From: the human T2T-CHM13v2.0 reference genome, Homo sapiens
DNA length: 64,000 nt
NCBI RefSeq assembly: GCF_009914755.1
Contig: NC_060942.1
Direction: 5' to 3' (one strand)
Part shown: piece by piece, positions 11,851-26,603 of the stretch
Position numbering within the stretch: position 1 is the first letter of the stretch
Layout: each line of letters begins with the position of its first letter
Made by a program: the position numbers and the translations under genes
The notes under the pieces: generated by a model
Told to the model about the DNA's origin: nothing
What the model saw: the letters and a program-made list of their open reading frames with translations, nothing else
Database searches by the model: none

Positions 11851-12396
11851 CCGGCCTCGGGCCGGTGGGCAGGCTGGAAGGTCAGCCAGGCCCTGTGGTG
11901 TCTTTAGTGAGAAACAGGAAATAAATCAAGGGGATGTTGTAGAAGTTTTACCGCTGCTGGTTTAGAAGTGTTTGTTTTTATTATTTGTATATAATGTGTT
12001 GTTTTCAGTCTTGCACTGGTGTTTTTAACTATCGTGTAAAGATGCAAACAGCAGGCCAGAAAACTGCCTTGATATATCACATTGGCAAAGACCAAGCGCA
12101 CCCCGGATCCTAGTGGGTGAGCCGGACCCATTGGCAGTGGCCTTTGTGGTGCCTCCAGGGAGCCTCACGATGCTCACGCCTCTGACCAGTGGTTCTGCGC
12201 TCAGGGCATGACCGGAGATGTGGTCTGGGAGTTGGTTGTGTGGATGTTTGCGTTGCCAGCGTTTACAACAACAGAGGGGAACAGCCCACAGCCCAGCAGT
12301 ACAATGAGGATGGTCCTTGTGATAAATGGGATGCTGTGATTAGATTGTTTCTGAATAAGCTAAAATGCTCAAAATGTGATCTTTCTTTTATAAAAA

Positions 12397-12566
12397 GGCC
12401 AGGTATGGTGATACGTGCCTGTAACCCCAGCACTTTGGGAGGCTGAGGTGGGAGGATCCCTTGAGCCCAGGAGTTGGAGAATGCAGTGAGCTGTGATCAC
12501 ACCCTCTAGCCTAGGCAGCAGAGCGAGACCTTGTTCTAAGAAATAAAAAGAGAAAAAGAAAAGACA
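12397..12566 (+). mobile_element. Alu monomer (FAM/FRAM-like)
   Basis: Single arm ggccaggtatggtg...cccagcactttgggaggctgagg...gcagtgagctgtgatc...gagcgagacct plus A-rich tail. Confidence 0.8.
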
Positions 12567-12606
12567 AAGTACCAAATTATGTGTCTCATTTTCTTAAGAT
12601 GTATCA

Positions 12607-12993
<387 letters not shown>

Positions 12994-13543
12994 TCACCGT
13001 CCAGACCGGGTGGACGTTCGTCGGTCACCATCCAGACCAGGTGGATGTTGGATGCAAATTTCACCCGAGCTTTTTTTTTTATTTTTTCAGTTGTGTTGAG
13101 TGTCACTTTTTTAAAAAATTGACTTATGTTGAAGATGAGTTTGAAGTTGTTGGAATTATCTCAGTCCTGAGCTTAGGGCTTCAGCAAGCGAGTTGCCGTT
13201 CCGGGGGATGGGCTGGTCAGAGACCCCCGACTGAAGCACGCCTGCCCGAGGCTGCCCCAGGCGTCGTCCCCCAGAAGGAAGCACGCGGAGTGGAGTGGGG
13301 TGGAGAGCAGGCAGCAGCGGTCCCGTCTCCGCAGCAGTGCAGGCTCCTTTCCCGCTCATTTGGGCTCTTTTGTCTGAACCAGAGACACAGATTTGTAGAG
13401 CTGCCAAATTCATGCTGAAAATTTCTAACCAAAACCAATCATCTTAATTGTCTGGATTATGATATTTATTTTGTAAACCATTCTTGCTGTAAGCCATGCA
13501 CACACTGTGTCACTAAATCTGCAAATGATTCCAGAGCCAAATG

Positions 13544-13867
13544 CAGTCCTGCACCGCGGCGTCGGGTCAACGGCGGACTTCACCTATGAGGGTTCTCGTG
13601 AGATCGTGAGAGCGTAGTTTTACTGCATCTTTTCCATGTTTAAATGTGTTTAGATTCACAAACTGTGACCGCTGTGGGGCAGTCACCCACGGTGTTCAGT
13701 GCAGCCACATGCCGTGCAGACGTGTACTGGGGAGCCGTGGGCCACGCCACGTGGCTAGGGTGTGCACTGGACACACCGAGTCGGTTCACACGAGTTCCCA
13801 CGACGACAAAATGGCCTAAGGACACGTTTTTCAGAATGTGTCCTTGTCATAAAGTGACACGTGGCTG
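13544..13867 (+). mobile_element. Tigger3a/MER7A-like non-autonomous DNA transposon fossil
   Basis: Termini cagtcctgcaccgc... and ...gtgacacgtggctg resemble the CAGTCATGCG..CGCATGACTG inverted ends. Internal blocks (ggtcaacggcggac; ttttactgcatcttttccatgttt; tttcagaatgtgtcc) follow the consensus as I recall it. Confidence 0.75.
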
Positions 13868-14037
13868 CGTTTACACAAACTTATTCTTATGTAATAGTCA
13901 GCTGCAGAGTGGTTTAGACTGCCTTATCTTTAGGAAATGTGTCTGCCTTTAACCAGACCAGCGGTGGGGGGAGGCGGCTTTTCTTTTCTTCTTTCCTCCT
14001 CTCTCCTCTCTCTCGCTGTCTCTTCTCTGTCTCTTAA

Positions 14038-14385
<348 letters not shown>

Positions 14386-15057
14386 TGAATTTTGTTTTTC
14401 ATTTGTTTCTTTTTCAATTCATAGCAAAAGATAGGTGCAAGGTGCCTGAGACGGGCACCGCCTCGCATCATCTGCGACTTTGTTTGGTGCCTGCCTGTCC
14501 AGGAGCAGGTGTGGCCACTGCAGAGGGGCCCTTCATTGCCCAGCCCTGCAGCTGCCCCCTCTCCCTTCCCCAGAAACTCACAGCTGGCTGCGAGCTCTGT
14601 GCAGAGAAGTCTTTCTCTGGAGGCTCTTGTCCTTCCTGTGTGGAGGCCTGGGTCCAGCCGCCTTTCCTTCTGCCTGGCAGCGTTAGCTGATACTGGGTGT
14701 CCATGCTGATCACCTCACGTGGGAAACAGCTCTGACAGTACAGCCCATGAAGCTGCGTCTTGGAGATTCCTCTGTCAGGGAAGCTGTCGTGGCTGAGTTG
14801 GGGTCCAGCAGGCACCCGCAGGGCCCAAAACCCCACAGAGCGGAGGTGGGTGGTGAGCCTGCCAGGTGCATCTTTGGATAAATCCATTTCTGAGTTTTCA
14901 AATTACTATGAAGCTTCCAATGTCACAAAATATGTAGTCTTGTTCTTGCTAAGGAACATTTTAGGTGTTTGTATTTTTAAAAATTACGTAGTTGATTCCA
15001 TTCAAGCTGCCTCCTGGGCTTTTTCCTCTTTAAACGAGTCTTCTATTCTGCCCATCG

Positions 15058-15702
<645 letters not shown>

Positions 15703-16032
15703 CTTGTTTTGTTTTTAAGTCACTTTGGGTTCACAGTGTGTCCTGAGGTGTGGGGGCCTTCGGGGGGCTCGGGAGGCAGTTTCCTTTAACTTGCAGATGC
15801 CCCTGCTCTGCGACTGCATCGCATGGAACCTGCCCTTCTCGAGAAGCTGCCCCGCATGTCCCATGTCTCTGGGGCTTGTACTTAAAACTGACGTAGAATG
15901 ATGGTCAGCAGCTCTAGGCAATAATTGAGTCCTGGCCAGAGGGGCTGGTTCTGAAGATGGGGGAGTCACAGGCCCTGTGTGGAGGGTGACCTCAGGAGCC
16001 CCGGCCCACGGTGCTCGGGGTGAGCCTGTGTG

Positions 16033-16157
16033 GTGAGGACAGTCGGCGGGCCCTGGGTCTCTGCCCACACGGAGGTGAGGACGGTCGGCGGGCCCTGGGT
16101 CTCTGGCCACATAGCGGTGAGGACAGCCGTTGGGCCCTGGACTGCCTCTGCCCACGC
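16033..16157. repeat. About 42-bp tandem repeat, about 3 imperfect copies
   Basis: gtgaggac.g.cg..gggccctgg..ct..cccac repeated. Confidence 0.85.
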
Positions 16158-17280
16158 AGGGTCTTGCACCTGATCTGATGAGCAGTGCTGGTCCAGGGAG
16201 GGTCCCACCGCATCCTCCGCCTGCCTTGGCCCCTGCAGTAGGCAGTGCTGGGGAGACAGACTGAGCGGGAGAGGAGGCTGGGCCGGGGCTGCAGCGGCCA
16301 CAGAGCCTTGGCCCTCCCAGAAACGGACTCTGATGGCAGAGGCGCCGGCCTCTTGCACAGGGTGGAAGGTGGTGCCTGCGTGGATGGTGGTGCACCGGGG
16401 CAGGCCACCCCCTAGATGCAAGAACCCCTTGGGTGCACCGTGTGGCCCCCAGGAGTGTTGAGACAGTCTGCCTGGGCCTCCTACAGAACACAGTTGGGAA
16501 GACACGCCGAGGGCACGGGCAGGACCTCACCTTAGCCTTTCACACCAAACATTCATCTCCTGAAAAGACAGGGGCCGTGGGGCCCCCAGCTGGGCTGTAG
16601 GCTCTGAGGACAGCCCCAGCACCTGTCACCCGCCAGGTCATGCAGCTCGTGTCCCTCTGTGCAAAGTAACCGAACAGCCTCCCACAGCCCTCACCGTCGT
16701 ACCCCGCCCTGCTGCGTTTGCTCCCACCGCCCTCCATGGACGCCGTGTCCCTCCTCCTGGCCCTCAGTCAGGGCCTTCTGTTTGTCTTGCAGCAATCATG
16801 GAATTTGGGGGCTGGCGGCGCTGCGCACATCACAACTTCCAAACCCACTATTTTATAAAGGGCCCAGTCAGTCACCTGTCTCATGGCAGCCACACAGCTG
16901 GTTCATAGCGAGGAGAGGTTTGAGCTTCCTGGTTCTTAGGCCACAGCCCATCCCTCTTAGATTTTAAAACAGATTTTCAATGAGTTCTAAAACCTGTCTT
17001 ACTGGAGGGTTAAGTAACTGATAGAAGCCTGTCATGAAGGAAGAGAAGCGTGTTAAGGTTGTGCTTGGAAAATGTTTCCATCTTAGAGAACTGGCCGGGC
17101 CGTGGCCACAGGTCACGATGAGTAAGCACTGCATTGACACAGGCTTCTCCATCTCCATGTCAGGACGTGCACTCGCCGATGAAGTGTCCACCCAAGATGG
17201 CGACGGGTGAGCACGGGCACGTGTGGCCCGGGCGAGGTCTGTGTGGTGCTGAACGCCTCCTCTGCTCTGTTCCCTTCCAG

Positions 17281-17440
17281 CCCGACCCTGCCCGCCCTGG
17301 ACTGGCAGCTGCCGTCCCACTCAGGCCCGTATGAGCTTCGGATTGAGGTGCAGCCCAAGTCCCACCACCGAGCCCACTACGAGACGGAGGGCAGCCGGGG
17401 GGCCGTGAAGGCGTCGGCCGGAGGACACCCCATCGTGCAG
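17281..17440 (+). CDS. NFATC1: NFATC1 coding exon (exon 3): start of Rel-homology domain, (S)[53 protein letters not shown]
   Basis: Pyrimidine tract ending ttccag at 17280; donor CAG|gtaggc; 160 bp. Contains the NFAT DNA-recognition loop [11 protein letters not shown]. Confidence 0.98.
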
Positions 17441-19023
17441 GTAGGCACTGCGGCCAGACTCGCACGTCACTTGGTGCTTTTGTGGTCAAAAAGTAACTTT
17501 GGAGCCACAGCTAACTGTGCTTAGACTCTCCCAGCCAGGCCAGCTGAATGCTCTGTCGTGGTTAGTCCCGGGCGGCTGCTCACCGCCTCTGAGCTGGAAT
17601 GGGAGCATGCCACAGCTCCTCCTGCTTCCACACGTGCAGGCCCTCTCTCGTTGTTTTCAGATTTGCCCGAAGCAGCTCTCGTATCCGTGGATGCTGCCTG
17701 TGGTGTGGATGTTTTGGGGGTTGATTCTCCCCTCTCTAAAGCCTCTGAACTTGGAGGCAGGAGTTCTCACCAGCAGCACCAGCCTCGCCTGGTGGGGGAC
17801 CCTCAGAAATGCAGGTTCTGTGGCCCACCCAGGCTTGCAGGATCCCATACTCTGGGCTTGGGTGCTGGGGGGCACCAGGGCTCAAGGTGCTCCCCGAGGA
17901 GAGGAGGAGTGGCTTCCAGAGCGGGCCTGGGCCTGGCAGCCACATCCCTGCCGGGGTAGGCCTGGGCCTGGCAACCCTGCAGCCGCGTCCCTGCTGGGGT
18001 GGGCCTGACTCCCCCGGGCTGTGGTGTGGCTTCCTCACCTTCCTCACACCTTGCGGGAAAGCCACGTGGAGTTAGGCTGTCGAGGGAGGGGTGTAATGAC
18101 CGCGCCAGGGACGGGCAGCGTCTGCACAGAGCCATGCTCCCTCTGCACCCCAGGTGTTGATGTGGATCCCGGGTAGCCGTGGGTGTTGGCATTTTCTTCG
18201 TTCCACCTGTTACCTCGTCAGCTATAGGCCCCAGGCCCTAGATCTGCTGCTTTGGCAGCCACAGAGCAGCAAGTGTGTCCAGCCCCAGGGCTCCAGGCTA
18301 CGCGGCAGCACAGAGGATGTTTTCCGAGCACACCCCAACAGCAAAAAACCGGGTGCCCCAGCCCCGTTATTTAGGGAATGATGCAAGCCGGAAGGGGTGT
18401 TCAGCAGAGTGCCTCGTATTTTTATTTTCTTCCATTTAGATAAATAGTGGAGAGAAGGTGGCCGCAGGGACAAATGGCTGTTTGCCAACGCAGCAGCCGG
18501 CGGCAGGGAATTAGCGGGCAGGGCGCTGGGGTGAGGCGTTTTCGCCAGCACTTGCAGATGATGTTAATGTGATGTTTGTGGCCTGTGTGCTTGATGCCAA
18601 TTAGTACCTCCCTCGTTGGTGCTTGAAGCAAGGAAATGCGGGAGACACCTGAGCGCACAGTGGCCCGTTTGACATTTAAAGTCTCCACCCTCCCAGGTGG
18701 GAAAGGTCAGACAGCGCTGCACCACGCTCCGTCACTGCAGGCCTGCACCTCCCCATCCCTGCCTCGGTTTTTACTGACCGAAAGCTTGTTATTGCTCAGT
18801 GGGAAGGATATTAGATAGGACAAGAAACGAGGCTGTGAAAGGAGGAGTGGAAATAAAGCAATAGAGAAATAATGGCCCAGTCCACCCTATTTGCTGTAAA
18901 TTATGTCGGTGAGGGGCACTGACGTCGCCCTTTTCACTGTATCTGGATGAGGGGCGGGTGTAGGAATCGAGGCTGTTACTTGGAGGGTAAAGCAGGACCA
19001 TGAGTGTGGAGAGAGCTCTGAGG

Positions 19024-19214
<191 letters not shown>

Positions 19215-19849
19215 TAATGGATGTATTTTCACCTGCCTGTGAGTAGCGCCGGTGCCTGGTGCCGCCCGTCTCTGCGGACACAGCTCAGTGCTTGGGTACT
19301 CTCCCTGCGTCTTCTGGAATCTTCTGGAATCCCGTCTCTGGTTCTGCCATCTGGGTGTCTTGGGCTGAGGGTGCAGAAATCTATCAATACAGATGCCACT
19401 GAGAGGATCCAGGTGTTCTGGAGGACTCAGGAAACTTGAAACAGTAATTAAAAATATCTTTAAAATGTACCCTCAACAATTATTCCAAATCAAGTGGCCC
19501 GTGTGTGCGCAGCAGCGACACGGGAGAGGCTGGCTCTGCGTTTCCACAGAAGGAGCCCTTTCCATTGAAACGCGGGAGAAAACGGTCCCCTGCACGGAGA
19601 ACGTCAGGAGCTGTCAGCATATCTCATTTGTAGAAATTAGTAATTTAAAGAGTTTTGTGATGTATCTGTGGCAGAGTGGATTTCTGTCTCTGCAAGTGTG
19701 AGGTAAAAGCAGCTAAAAAGAGGGGGTTTTGGGGGTTAGTTTTCTCTTTCAGTTGGTGGACCACAAATTGGATAAAAATAGAATTTGTGCATAATTTAAA
19801 AACAAACGAGAATAGAAAGCTCTCAGTTGCCGTGGAAGCTCCTCGTAAC

Positions 19850-20290
19850 CGCAGACGTGCCCTCGGTGCCGTCGGGTTATTTTAGTACATCCTTTGACGC
19901 GGCCCCTTTCCCGCTTTTCAGAAACGAGGCTCATCGCACTGGCCTGGGGGCGCGAGGACGAGGCCGTGGGTAGTGGGCGCTGCGGGCGGCTGGTCAGAGC
20001 CACTGGGAGCCGTTGGGAACAACTGGCGCGGGAGTTTCCTGCATTTGAGAAATGCTGTTCTCTTCGTTGTGAATCGTCTGTCCGCTGCATCTCAAAAAGC
20101 TTGTCCAGAAAATTAAAGCCCGCTGTCTCCTGCAGTGCAGCTGAGCCCTGGAGGGTGGCGGGGGGCCGGGGGATGTGGGTGTCAGCTCTCGCGGCCAGGG
20201 GCACGCTGTGCCCCCGCACCCGGCGTCCGCGTCCTCCCGCACCCGGCGTCCGCGTCCTCCCACGCCCGCTGTCTCCGTCCTCCCCATCCC
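19850..20290. promoter_or_regulatory. Intragenic CpG-rich patch (candidate small CpG island)
   Basis: Visibly high CpG density (ggcgcgaggacgaggccg, gcgggcggc, ctcgcggcc, cccggcgtccgcg x2); function not shown. Confidence 0.4.
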
Positions 20291-23200
20291 CATGTGTTTC
20301 GCAGTTGGGAAGTGAAGCACGTGAGCAGAACGCAGCACCTTCTCTCCAGGAAGCATTCGGAGCATGGACTCTGGGTTAGGAAAGGGTGTTTGCTCCTCTG
20401 GATAGGTGCTCGCTCTTACTTGTGGGTGCTGAGGGGCGTGAGGGGGTCCGGCATCCGGGTACCTGTGGGCGCTGAGGGGCGTGAGGGGGTCCGGCATCCG
20501 GGGCTTCTCCCATTTAGGGCCTTTCCTTCAGAGGGAAGGAGGCCAGCCCCCTCCAGTGAGCACTGAGCGTGCCCCCTGCCGTCTCTGTGGGGATGTCATT
20601 GTTCCCACGCCGGGGAGAGACCACCCCAGGCCAGCCCCTATTCTTCTGGCCACATTGCCATGATCACACCGTCCGCACCCTGAGGCCACCCCCATTACGG
20701 CTGCCACGGCGCTAAAAACACCAGCATCAAAGCAACAGGGCCGTGGTTTAGCCTGGAAGAGCGGGGCCCTGGAGCCGTCTGCGAGGGGGTCTGGGTGGTT
20801 CAGGATGGCCGGCAGCCCCTGGTGGACGTGGTCCCTGCGGGGTCTGGCGGGACCTCGGCCATGGTGATGGGTGCGCCCCCTCTGCAGGGTGGGGCCTGCG
20901 GGTAAGGACAGTCCCGCCCCCTGTGCGTGTGAGGGGATAGTGGAGAGAGGGGTCTGGCGTGGGCCTCACTGCTCCTGGGAAACCAAAGATGAAGACGCCT
21001 GCTTAGGACTCACCTTGCCCTGGTAGAACAAGTGACTCAGACAGAGCCTCCCAGAGGCTTCTGGCCAGGCAGGGAGTGACCAGCAGCGCAGCCAGCCTCA
21101 GCTCCTGCCCACACAGCCCCCTTGTCACCGGCTCCTCCTGCCCCTGCTCCAGCACCTTGGCCACCAGTTCTCGGTGGGCCGGTCTGGATCTGCCGATGCC
21201 GGGACCTCGCCAGGCCGCTGGTTGCAGGGGAGGCTGAGGGGGCGTCCGCCTGCTGTCTGCTTCTCACCAGCATTTCCAGTGAGGCATGAAAGTGATGCGT
21301 GGCGGATGTTTCCCTCTGGCCTCAGCTTTCCCCCAAATCCCAGCTCACACTGAGTGTCCTGATGGTGGCACCTCGGGCAGCCGCCACCCTCTGCCCTCCA
21401 CCCTCTGCCCTGACGGCAGGCTCTGCCTGAGGGGGAGGGTCTCTCTGTACACACAGTCTCCTCACCCTGGAGGGCCTGCTCTGCTCTCAACGGAGCTGGA
21501 ACCAGGAGTTCGCGAGTGCTCTGGGTGGCTGCTGGCTTTTCTCCTTGTCTCACCTCCTCATCCGCACACAGCCTCTGCCCTCAGCGCTGCTCACCTCGGT
21601 ATGTAGGCAGCCGGCATCAGGATGGTCTGGGGTGAGACAGGCAGTGTTCTTCCCCTTCTCTGGCCAGGGAGGGTGGAGAAGCACCCGGGCACAGCCATTG
21701 AGGCCTTTTCGTGCAACTCATTGCCTTTCTGGGCGTGAAGGTGGAGGCTGGTCCTCCACCTGCGTGTTCTCCATCTGGGGGACTGTGGTCCCGGAGGAGA
21801 CCTGGAGTCCGGCTCCCCGCTCCGTCCGAGGAGGAGCTGAGCGGCGTGAGCAGTGCCCGCCCTGGTCACTCTGCCTTGCTTTCCTCCTCTCTGTTTCTGG
21901 TTGTGCCTCCTTCCTTCCCTCCTGCTCTCTTTGCCGTGGACTGCAGCCCCCTCGCCAGATGTGTTCCTCACATGAGTCAACCCGTCCTTGGCCTGCGTCC
22001 TCCACTGCTCGTGGCAGCTACACTCTCCCGGAGGTGGCCGGGAAGGGCCCAGGGCCTTGAGAAGATGTCTTTGCAGCACGTCCCCGGCCCTCGGCCTCCA
22101 CCTCCATGGCACCCACCATCCCACGGGGGCACGTGGACCTCTGTGGGATATAGCCTGACCTCTGACCCAGGGGTCAAATAACTCAGGTCTGTTTACCAAG
22201 TCACCAAAATAACCTGCCCGATAGCATCTCACCCATCACACGGGAGGCCGGGCTCGTGTGAATAATTAATAGGTCACTGGAATGTGAAACGAGAAGCCTC
22301 GGCCCGTTCTGAAACAGCATTTTAGGTTTGCAGCTTATAATATTGTCAGTTAGGAGAAGGGCCAACTGAGTCTGCAAAGAGGTGAGGGCGGGTGGTCTGG
22401 GATCCTGCCTCAGCCGCGCGGGTGAGAGGGGCGGGCGGGTCAGGCGAAGACTCAGAGTCAGGAGGCCAGACTGGCCCCAGGGAGGGCTCCTGGCCATACC
22501 CCAAGCTCAGGACGCAGGGTGGGGCGGGCCCGCTGGTGCCCACAGTGGCCTTGGTGGGCCTCTCCTTCCATTGCCCAGCTTGTAGGTCAACTTTGCCTCC
22601 ACAGATCCGTAACAGACGTTTTTTCTGTCATGTAAGAAACTTGACAGCTGAAGACCAAGGAGTGGAGCCTCCCGTGAGGCAGCTCTTCTTTTCCGGTTGT
22701 TAAAATGCGCGTCGGGCCAGTGGTTCTGACTAATTCTCACTTTGTGTGGTACCTTCAGCTGGCAGGGGCTCGGGGAGTGTTCAGTACCGTGAGGAGCAGG
22801 TTCCTGAGAGCCCGTGAATACCGTGGACAGATTACCACAGCACGCACTGTTCCACGCAGGGCCTCATCCACGCTTTCTTAAGTGGTTTGCCACACACAGG
22901 AGCTCCTGGTTCTCCATGTCCCCTGCCAGGCAGGGCTGTTAAACTGGAAAGCCGGGGAGGGACGTCGCTGGGACACATTGTTATCTGATCAGAGCTCCGA
23001 GGCCCCACCAGGAGCTGTGCTATTGCAGAACCTCAAACAGCAGCCGCTCCGGCCCCGCCCCAGGAGCCACGCAGAGGCCCACGCACGGGGAGGACGCCGT
23101 GGGGTGGAAACTAAAGTGCAGGTCTGACCACAAAACCACACGCCACGGCACCGCTGCTGCCAAATGCCGGAGGCCTGCAGGAGGCACGGATTAATTTTTT

Positions 23201-26200
23201 ATGAGTCTGCCTTGGAACCTAGACAACAGCCCTCTCCTCTTTCAGCACAATTTCAGGGCGAATGACCGTCACTTCCCTGGACTGCTAAGCGCATAAACGC
23301 ACAGGGAATTTCCTAGTTCCACATACGCCGTTGTTCCCGCAGCCCATGCAGCTGGGAGAGCACACATGGTTGCCGTCGGGCTGTGTCTGTTTTCCCAGGA
23401 GCAAGAACTCTCAGAAGTGCAGTGTTGAAGCCCGAGCCTTCCCCGTGTCAGCTTTTATGATGAACGAGGATTCACCATTTATTTCTCCCCTAAAGCAAAG
23501 CCCACGGGCTCTGTTTTGAGCGATGGGGACAGATGCTCGGTGCTGCTGGGAAGGTGTTCACGGGGCAGATTCGCTGTGTCAGGAGACCAACGTGGAATGA
23601 GGTCGGCCCAGCCAGTCACTGCTTAAAAACAGTAATGACAATATTTGAGAAAATGGGTGGAATTTTGTGGAGATTTACTGGCACGGGGAAGGCGTGTGGC
23701 CTCTGGCAGGTCTGCGACACTGATTTCTAACTACCTGTTCCACAGCTCCACTGCCTGGAAAAACTGGCAAAAATGTGGCCTGGGTCTCCTGACAGGCCTG
23801 GCCATTGGAGTGGGGGTGTGCAGCTGAGACAGGAAATACGAGGCGCATGAGTGTCCCCAAGCCCAGATCCTCAGCCTCCAAAATCTTCTATTAGTAATTT
23901 CAGAGCTTTGGCTTCTTGGTGCTTTGGGAAAATTTAAGATGACGCGTGGGCTCTGGCACGGCCGTTGCTAGTGACCTCTCCTAATAGCGCAGAAGGGCCT
24001 CCCAGGAGGCTTTCCTAGGTAGAGAGGGGTCTGCACGCCCACTGGAACATGCTCTATCCCAGCCTCAGAAAACCCACATTTGGTGCAGGTGGGACAGGAG
24101 GAGTGGACACGTCACCTGGAGACCACATGAGAAGCGGCCATCTGCAGCAGCAATCACCCCGTGGGGAGGCGGCGCCCTGGCAGCTCTCATGTGGGGCCTG
24201 GTCCTTCCTCGCTGCCTGAGCAATGGGCCCTGCTTCCCCGCAGACACCGTGGTGCCCCTGGGCCACACCCAGCAGGTGTCCAGTGACCGAGGGTGGTGTT
24301 GGCCATGGCAGGTCCCTGCCCGTTTCTCCGAGGACCTGGGGCTGTGACCCAGCTGGGTTCTCCCGGGAAGGAGCGGCCACTGTCTGCACTGTCCAGTGCT
24401 GAGGGTGGCAGCCATTTCTGAAGCCTCCCAGGTTTGTGCCCTGCTGTGTCTGAACAGCTCCGGAGTGCAGGGTCTCTGTGTCAGTGCCGGTTCTAAGAGG
24501 AACGAGATGTGGTTTCAGAGACACTCCTCTTCTCTGAGGAGCTGCTGGGCGGGACGGCTGCTTGCTTTCTTTGTCTGTGACGTTGGTGGCTGTTCCTTGC
24601 CCAGGCCCTGCCCAGGCCAGACGTGGGAGTGGCGGCTGGGAGCACCCATGGGCGTGTGCCCGTCTGGGCTGGGCTCGTGTCCGTGGACCTGCCTCAAGCC
24701 ACACCTCCCTCCTCCAGGCAGGACACCGGGCCTTGTCTGTGGACAGAGGCGCTTTGCTGGGAACAGCACAGATGGCCCCTGGGCCCTGCGGAGCCGAGAC
24801 GCACCATCATACACACTTGGAGCACATAGACTGACCAGGTCTCACCCTGCGAGGCTCCCTGAGGCCATGTCCTAGGGAAATAGAAGGTTTCACCCGGAGA
24901 TTGGGGAGTGCAGGGCTGTGGCGCTGCAGGGTGCGGGCCCTGAAGGAGGGGCAGGGGTGCTGCTGGATGGTGGCTCTTCCACCCCAGGATTCCTCGGGCC
25001 CTTCACCCCTGTGTGTCTGGACTGGGTATCGCTGTAGCTGTCGGGCTCTGGAGGTGCACATGGCTGCTGGGCGGGCAGCGCTCCTGGGCCTCTCTCCCCC
25101 GTGATTTCGGTTTTGATGTGTTTGAGCCACTGACCAGCAGGCTTAGGGGCCATTCTGGAGCTGGGAGGGCTTGTGGGGGAGGCAGGATGAACAGGGGCTG
25201 CTTGCCGGTCCTCAGGCCACCCTGCCAGCTCCTTGATGTGTCTCCCTGAGATCAGCCAGGGCATCCCGGCTGTGGGTGGGCTGTGACCTGAGCCCGTCAG
25301 GCCCTGCTGGGGTAGACTGGGGAGAAGTGCTGAGCGGAAACCACCTCACTTCTGACAAATGACAAGCGCTCCTGCCGCTTGGTGTCAGGCGACGCGACTC
25401 TCAGTGGCACGGATGTCTCTAGAAGGTTGCCGTTTCTCCCTTCGTGGCCGTGGGCTGTGGATTCTGTGTGCTTCTGGCCCTGGGGTCACGGGGTTGCGGC
25501 GTTTCCCACTTGCCTGTTTCAGGAGTTGCATTCTAGATGATTCTCTCTCCATAGAAGGTCGAGGTTTCTCAGCATGGATTAATTGATTAGATTTAATTAA
25601 ATCTAAACGTGGTGTTTCCGGGCAGAATCTTCTTCAGCCAAAGTGAGCGTGGCCGTCTCTTCTCTGGGCGCTTCCAGGTGCGTTGGGGCCCCTGCACCCT
25701 CCACGTCAGTGCCCTGGCTCCGTGGCCCTGTCGGTGCTCTGGTGAGTCTGGGGTTCGTGCCGAGCGCCATTGCCTCCAGGTCGAGGTGGGAAGCGCGCTG
25801 GTGGGGCAAGGTGGTCCCTGCATGGCACAGGTTGGGAGAGCAGCCGGGAGGGCAGCGGGCCGAGGCGGTGGGGGAGGGCACCAGTTCTCCACGGCAAGCA
25901 CGGCCTCTGGGGCTGCTCTTCCGGAGAGACGTGGAGACCCGCGTGCACGTGTGGAGACTGGCACGTGTGAGGGGCCCACAGGTGTGGCCGGGCGGCCTTT
26001 CTCCTCCCCACCTCTGTCCACCCTCGCCGAGGCGTCGGTCCTGCTGAGCAGCCTCTGCTGCCTTCGTGCAGGTGACAGCGCACGTGCCATTCACGGGCGC
26101 CATGTCTCCAAGAAGAGGGGCTCCTGCCGCGTGCCTGTTCTGGGGTTGCCACTCAACATCCTTCCAGCACCTTCTCTGGGCTTCCGGTTTGAATGATCTT

Positions 26201-26536
26201 TCTCCAAAGTCGGCGGAAGGGGCTAGAAAAGTAGGGACCTGGGAAGAAAGCCCAGACACCTTGGAGCCGGGGTCCGGGAAACAGGCCCTGGCAGCTCAGC
26301 GCTGCTTCTCTGGAGTGGGGATACAATGTTGGTTCACAGACGTGCGGTGGCGGCGGCGGGTGGTGGCAGCAGTGTGCGGTTGTTGGCGCCACGTGCTCAC
26401 GCTGGGTCCCTCCTGGGGAGCTTCTGCTCCGGCGGGCCACGCCTTGCTGTAGCCTGCAGGTCATCTGGTTGGTGTCTGGGGGAGGTCTGGGGCCCCAGCC
26501 CGGAGCTCAGCTCTGAGCATCAAGAAACCCGAGTTT

Positions 26537-26603
26537 CTCCCCACTCCCACCCAGACAGCTCCCCACTCCCACCCGGACAGCTCCCCACTCCCACCCGGAC
26601 AGC
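26537..26603. repeat. 22-bp tandem repeat (CTCCCCACTCCCACCCGGACAG) x3
   Basis: Directly visible. Confidence 0.9.

Noticed and set aside
12090-12395. Possible very old L1ME fragment upstream of the Alu monomer
   Set aside because: Resemblance too weak to support by eye; needs a Dfam scan.
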